Below, piece by piece: positions 9,191-13,248 of a DNA stretch of 13,248 nt. The DNA comes from Utricularia gibba (Eukaryota > Plantae > Magnoliophyta): contig NEEC01000105.1 in assembly GCA_002189035.1 (NCBI GenBank), forward strand, positions 1 to 13,248. Direction: 5' to 3'. The number at the start of each line of letters is the position of its first letter. Within the stretch, counting starts at the first letter, position 1. A program made the translations under genes and the position numbers. The notes beneath the pieces are model-generated. The model was not told the origin of the DNA and did no database searches. It worked only from the letters and a program-made list of their open reading frames with translations.

Positions 9191-12100
9191 AGGAGGCGGT
9201 CTTGGGGTGCACCTAGAACGGGACAAAGGTCAGGTTTGGCTTGCGCCGAGAGTTAGTTGTAGCTCGGAAATAAAGTGATGTATTTATTAACGTTCAGTTT
9301 TCGGGGGCTGCCTACATGGTTTTTCAAGGAACAGCTTCTCGTTTTGTGGCGGCCAGTCTCGCTGGGAACTTGGTCCTTGACCCGATTATGTATTGCTCAT
9401 GAGGTCAACCGGATGCAAATCGACCTCGGTGTGATTTTTTCAAGAGGAGGCGGTCTTGGGGTGCACCTAGAACGGGACAAAGGTCAGGTTTGGCTTGCGT
9501 TAGTTGTAGGCGTTCAGTTTTGGGGGCTGCCTACATGGTTTTTCAAGGAACAGCTTCTCGTTTTGTGGCGGCCAGTCTCGCTGGGAACTTGGTCCTTGAC
9601 CCCGATTCTGTATGGCTCATGAGGTCAACCGGATGCAAATCGAGATGCCTTTGTTTAAATTACGATATCACGTGCACCCCACATGATTTTTTCAACAACT
9701 TACTTTATACTTGAGGAGGCGGTCTTGGGGTGCACCTAGAACGGGACAAAGGTCAGGTTTGGCTTGCGCCGAGAGTTAGTTGTAGCTCGGCAAATAAAGT
9801 GATGTATTTATTAACGTTCAGTTTTCGGGGGCTGCCTACATGGTTTTTCAAGGAACAGCTTCTCGTTTTGTGGCGGCCAGTCTCGCTGGGAACTTGGTCC
9901 TTGACCCCGACTCATGAGGTTTTTTCAAATTACGATATCTGCACCCCACATGATTTTTTCAACAACTTACTTTATACTTGAGGAGGCGGTCTTGGGGTGC
10001 ACCTAGAACGGGACAAAGGTCAGGTTTGGCTTGCGCCGAGAGTTAGTTGTAGCTCGGAAATAAAGTGATGTATTAGTTCAGACATGGTTTTTCATTCTAG
10101 TCTCGCTGGGAACTTGGTCCTTGACCCCGATTCTGTATTCATTCAACCGGATGGGCCTGATATCTGCACCCCACATGATTTTTTCAACAACTTACTTTAT
10201 ACTTGAGGAGGCGGTCTTGGGGTGCACCTAGAACGGGACAAAGGTCAGGTTTGGCTTGCGCCGAGTTAGTTGTAGCTCGGCGTGCGTTCAGTCTGCCTAC
10301 ATGGTTTTTCAAGGAACAGCTTCTCGGTGGCGGCCAGTCTCGCTGGGAACTTGGTCCTTGACCCCGATTATGTATGCTCATGAGGTCAACCGGATGCAAA
10401 TCGATTAAAAAAAATGATGCAAATTACGATATCACGTGCACCCACATGATTTTTTCAACAACTTACTTTATACTTGAGGAGGCGGTCTTGGGGTGCACCT
10501 AGAACGGGACAAAGGTCAGGTTTGGCTTGCGCCGAGAGTTAGTTGTAGCTCGGAAAATAAAGTGATGTATTTATTAACGTTCAGTTTTGGGGCTGCCTAC
10601 ATGGTTTTTCATTCTCGTTTTGTGGCGGCCAGTCTCGCTGGGAACTTGGTCCTTGACCCCGATTATGTATTGCTCATGAGGTCAACCGGATGCAAATTGA
10701 TTACCTTTGTTTAAATTACGATATCACGTGCACCCCACATGATTTTTTCAACAACTTACTTTATACTTGAGGAGGCGGTCTTGGGGTGCACCTAGAACGG
10801 GACAAAGGTCAGGTTTGGCTTGCGCCGAGAGTTAGTTGTAGCTCGGAAATAAAGTGATGTATTTATTAACGTTCAGTTTTGGGGGCTGCCTACATGGTTT
10901 TTCAAGGAACAGCTTCTCGTTTTGTGGCGGCCAGTCTCGCTGGGAACTTGGTCCTTGACCCCGATTCTGTATGGCTCATGAGGTCAACCGGATGCAAATC
11001 GATTAAAAAAATGATGCCTTTGTTAAATTACGATAGTGCATGATTTTTTCATTACTTTATACTTGAACCTAGAACGGGACAAAGGTCAGGTTTGGCTTGC
11101 GCCGAGAGTTAGTTGTAGCTCGGCAAATAAAGTGATGTATTTATTAACGTTCAGTTTTGGGGGCTGCCTACATGGTTTTTCAAGGAACAGCTTCTCGTTT
11201 TGTGGCGGCCAGTCTCGCTGGGAACTTGGTCCTTGACCCCGATTCTGTATGCTCATGAGGTCAACCGGATGCAAATCGATTAAAAAAATGATGCCTTTGT
11301 TTAAATTACGATATCACGTGCACCCCACATGATTTTTTCAACAACTTACTTTATACTTGAGGAGGCGGTCTTGGGGTGCACCTAGAACGGGACAAAGGTC
11401 AGGTTTGGCTTGCGCCGAGAGTTAGTTGTAGCTCGGCAAATAAAGTGATGTATTTATTAACGTTCACGACATATTCAGTCTCGCTGGGAACTTGGTCCTT
11501 GACCCCGATTATGTATGGCTCATGAGGTCAACCGGATGCAAATCGATTAAAAAAATGATGCCTTTGTTTAAATTACGATATCACGTGCACCCCACATGAT
11601 TTTTTCAACAACTTACTTTATACTTGAGGAGGCGGTCTTGGGGTGCACCTAGAACGGGACAAAGGTCAGGTTTGGCTTGCGCCGAGAGTTAGTTGTAGCT
11701 CGGAAAATAAAGTGATGTATTTATTAACGTTCAGTTTTGGGGGCTGCCTACATGGTTTTTCAAGGAACAGCTTCTCGTTTTGTGGCGGCCAGTCTCGCTG
11801 GGAACTTGGTCCTTGACCCCGATTATGTATTGCTCATGAGGTCAACCGGATGCAAATCGATTAAAAAAATGATGCCTTTTTTAAATTACGATATCACGTG
11901 CACCCCACATGATTTTTTCAACAACTTACTTTATACTTGAGGAGGCGGTCTTGGGGTGCACCTAGAACGGGACAAAGGTCAGGTTTGGCTTGCGCCGAGA
12001 GTTAGTTGTAGCTCGGAAATAAAGTGATGTATTTATTAACGTTCAGTTTTCGGGGGCTGCCTACATGGTTTTTCAAGGAACAGCTTCTCGTTTTGTGGCG

Positions 12101-13248
12101 GCCAGTCTCGCTGGGAACTTGGTCCTTGACCCCGATTCTGTATGGCTCATGAGGTCAACCGGATGCAAATCGATTAAAAAATGATGCCTTTGTTTAAATT
12201 ACGATATCACGTGCACCCCACATGATTTTTTCAACAACTTACTTTATACTTGAGGAGGCGGTCTTGGGGTGCACCTAGAACGGGACAAAGGTCAGGTTTG
12301 GCTTGCGCCGAGAGTTAGTTGTAGCTCGGCAAATAAAGTGATGTATTTATTAACGTTCAGTTTTGGGGGCTGCCTACATGGTTTTTCAAGGAACAGCTTC
12401 TCGTTTGTGGCGGCCAGTCTCGCTGGGAACTTGGTCCTTGACCCCGATTATGTATTTGAGGGCAAATTGCCTTTGTTTACGATGTGCACCCCACATGATT
12501 TTTTCAAGAGAACACAAAGGTCTTTGGCTTGCGTTTTGTGGCGTTCAGTTTTTGGGGGCTGCCTACATGGTTTTTCAAGGAACAGCTTCTCGTTTTGTGG
12601 CGGCCTCTCGCTGGAACTTGGTCCTTGACCCCGATTATGTATGGCTCATGAGGTCAACCGGATGCAAATCGATTAAAGAAAATGATGCCTTTTTTTAAAT
12701 TACGATATCACGTGCACCCCACATGATTTTTTCAACAACTTACTTTATACTTGAGGAGGCGGTCTTGGGTGCACCTAGAACGGGACAAAGGTCAGGTTTG
12801 GCTTGCGCCGAGAGTTAGTTGTAGCTCGGCAAATAAAGTGATGTATTTATTAACGTTCAGTTTTCGGGGGCTGCCTACATGGTTTTTCAAGGAACAGCTT
12901 CTCGTTTTGTGGCGGCCAGTCTCGCTGGGAACTTGGTCCTTGACCCCGATTCTGTATGGCTCATGAGGTCAACCGGATGGAAATCGATTAAAGAAAATGA
13001 TGCCTTTGTTTAAATTACGATATCACGTGCACCCCACATGATTTTTTCAACAACTTACTTTATACTTGAGGAGGCGGTCTTGGGGTGCACCTAGAACGGG
13101 ACAAAGGTCAGGTTTGGCTTGCGCCGAGAGTTAGTTGTACTCGGCAAATAAAGTGATGTATTTATTAACGTTCAGTTTTCGGGGGCTGCCTACATGGTTT
13201 TTCAAGGAACAGCTTCTCGTTTTGTGGCGGCCAGTCTCTGCTGGGAAC

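Larger units (their letters stand above)
1..13248. repeat. Tandem satellite-like array of a ~315-bp monomer, head-to-tail, single orientation, running off both ends of the window
   Basis: The anchor CTTGAGGAGGCGGTCTTGGGGTGCACCTAGAACGGGAC recurs throughout. In clean regions starts fall at 2211, 2523, 2838, 3152, 3467, 3780, 4095 (spacings 312-315), 11623, 11936, 12249 (313) and 12750, 13065 (315). Roughly 50-55 monomer traces in total, including shortened ones. No inverted copy or unique insert longer than about 60 bp was seen. Confidence 0.98.

Noticed and set aside
189-12966. All ORFs in the supplied track as real genes
   Set aside because: They are the same short frames repeated per monomer, fused or shifted by indels. 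The longer ones (100-119 aa) arise only where deletions join frames. No recognisable domain is present.
1-13248. CRISPR array
   Set aside because: There are no unique spacers; the whole 315-bp unit repeats, far longer than a CRISPR repeat-spacer unit.

Overview
The whole window is one uninterrupted head-to-tail tandem array of a ~315-bp, ~45% GC monomer. All copies are in the same orientation, with no unique flanks, genes, RNA genes or mobile elements. Clean copies are 312-315 bp (reference copy 2523-2837). About 50-55 monomer traces are present because many copies are internally deleted or garbled. The patchy homopolymer indels and local collapse look like a raw, noisy long read (nanopore-like) rather than polished assembly. 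The ORF track only reflects the repeated monomer; no protein is recognisable and all six frames of the consensus contain stops. The main hidden structure is that the 315-mer is itself a dimer of two diverged subunits of 158 and 157 bp (about 54% ungapped identity by hand alignment). That is a nucleosome-length 2-mer higher-order repeat typical of eukaryotic satellite or centromeric DNA. A bimodal site shows runs of neighbouring copies sharing an allele, which favours a native genomic array over a rolling-circle copy of one template. Deleted copies reuse the same breakpoints, several at small hairpins or microhomologies. The organism and satellite family cannot be determined without a database search. 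I found no evidence for a new gene-encoded system.
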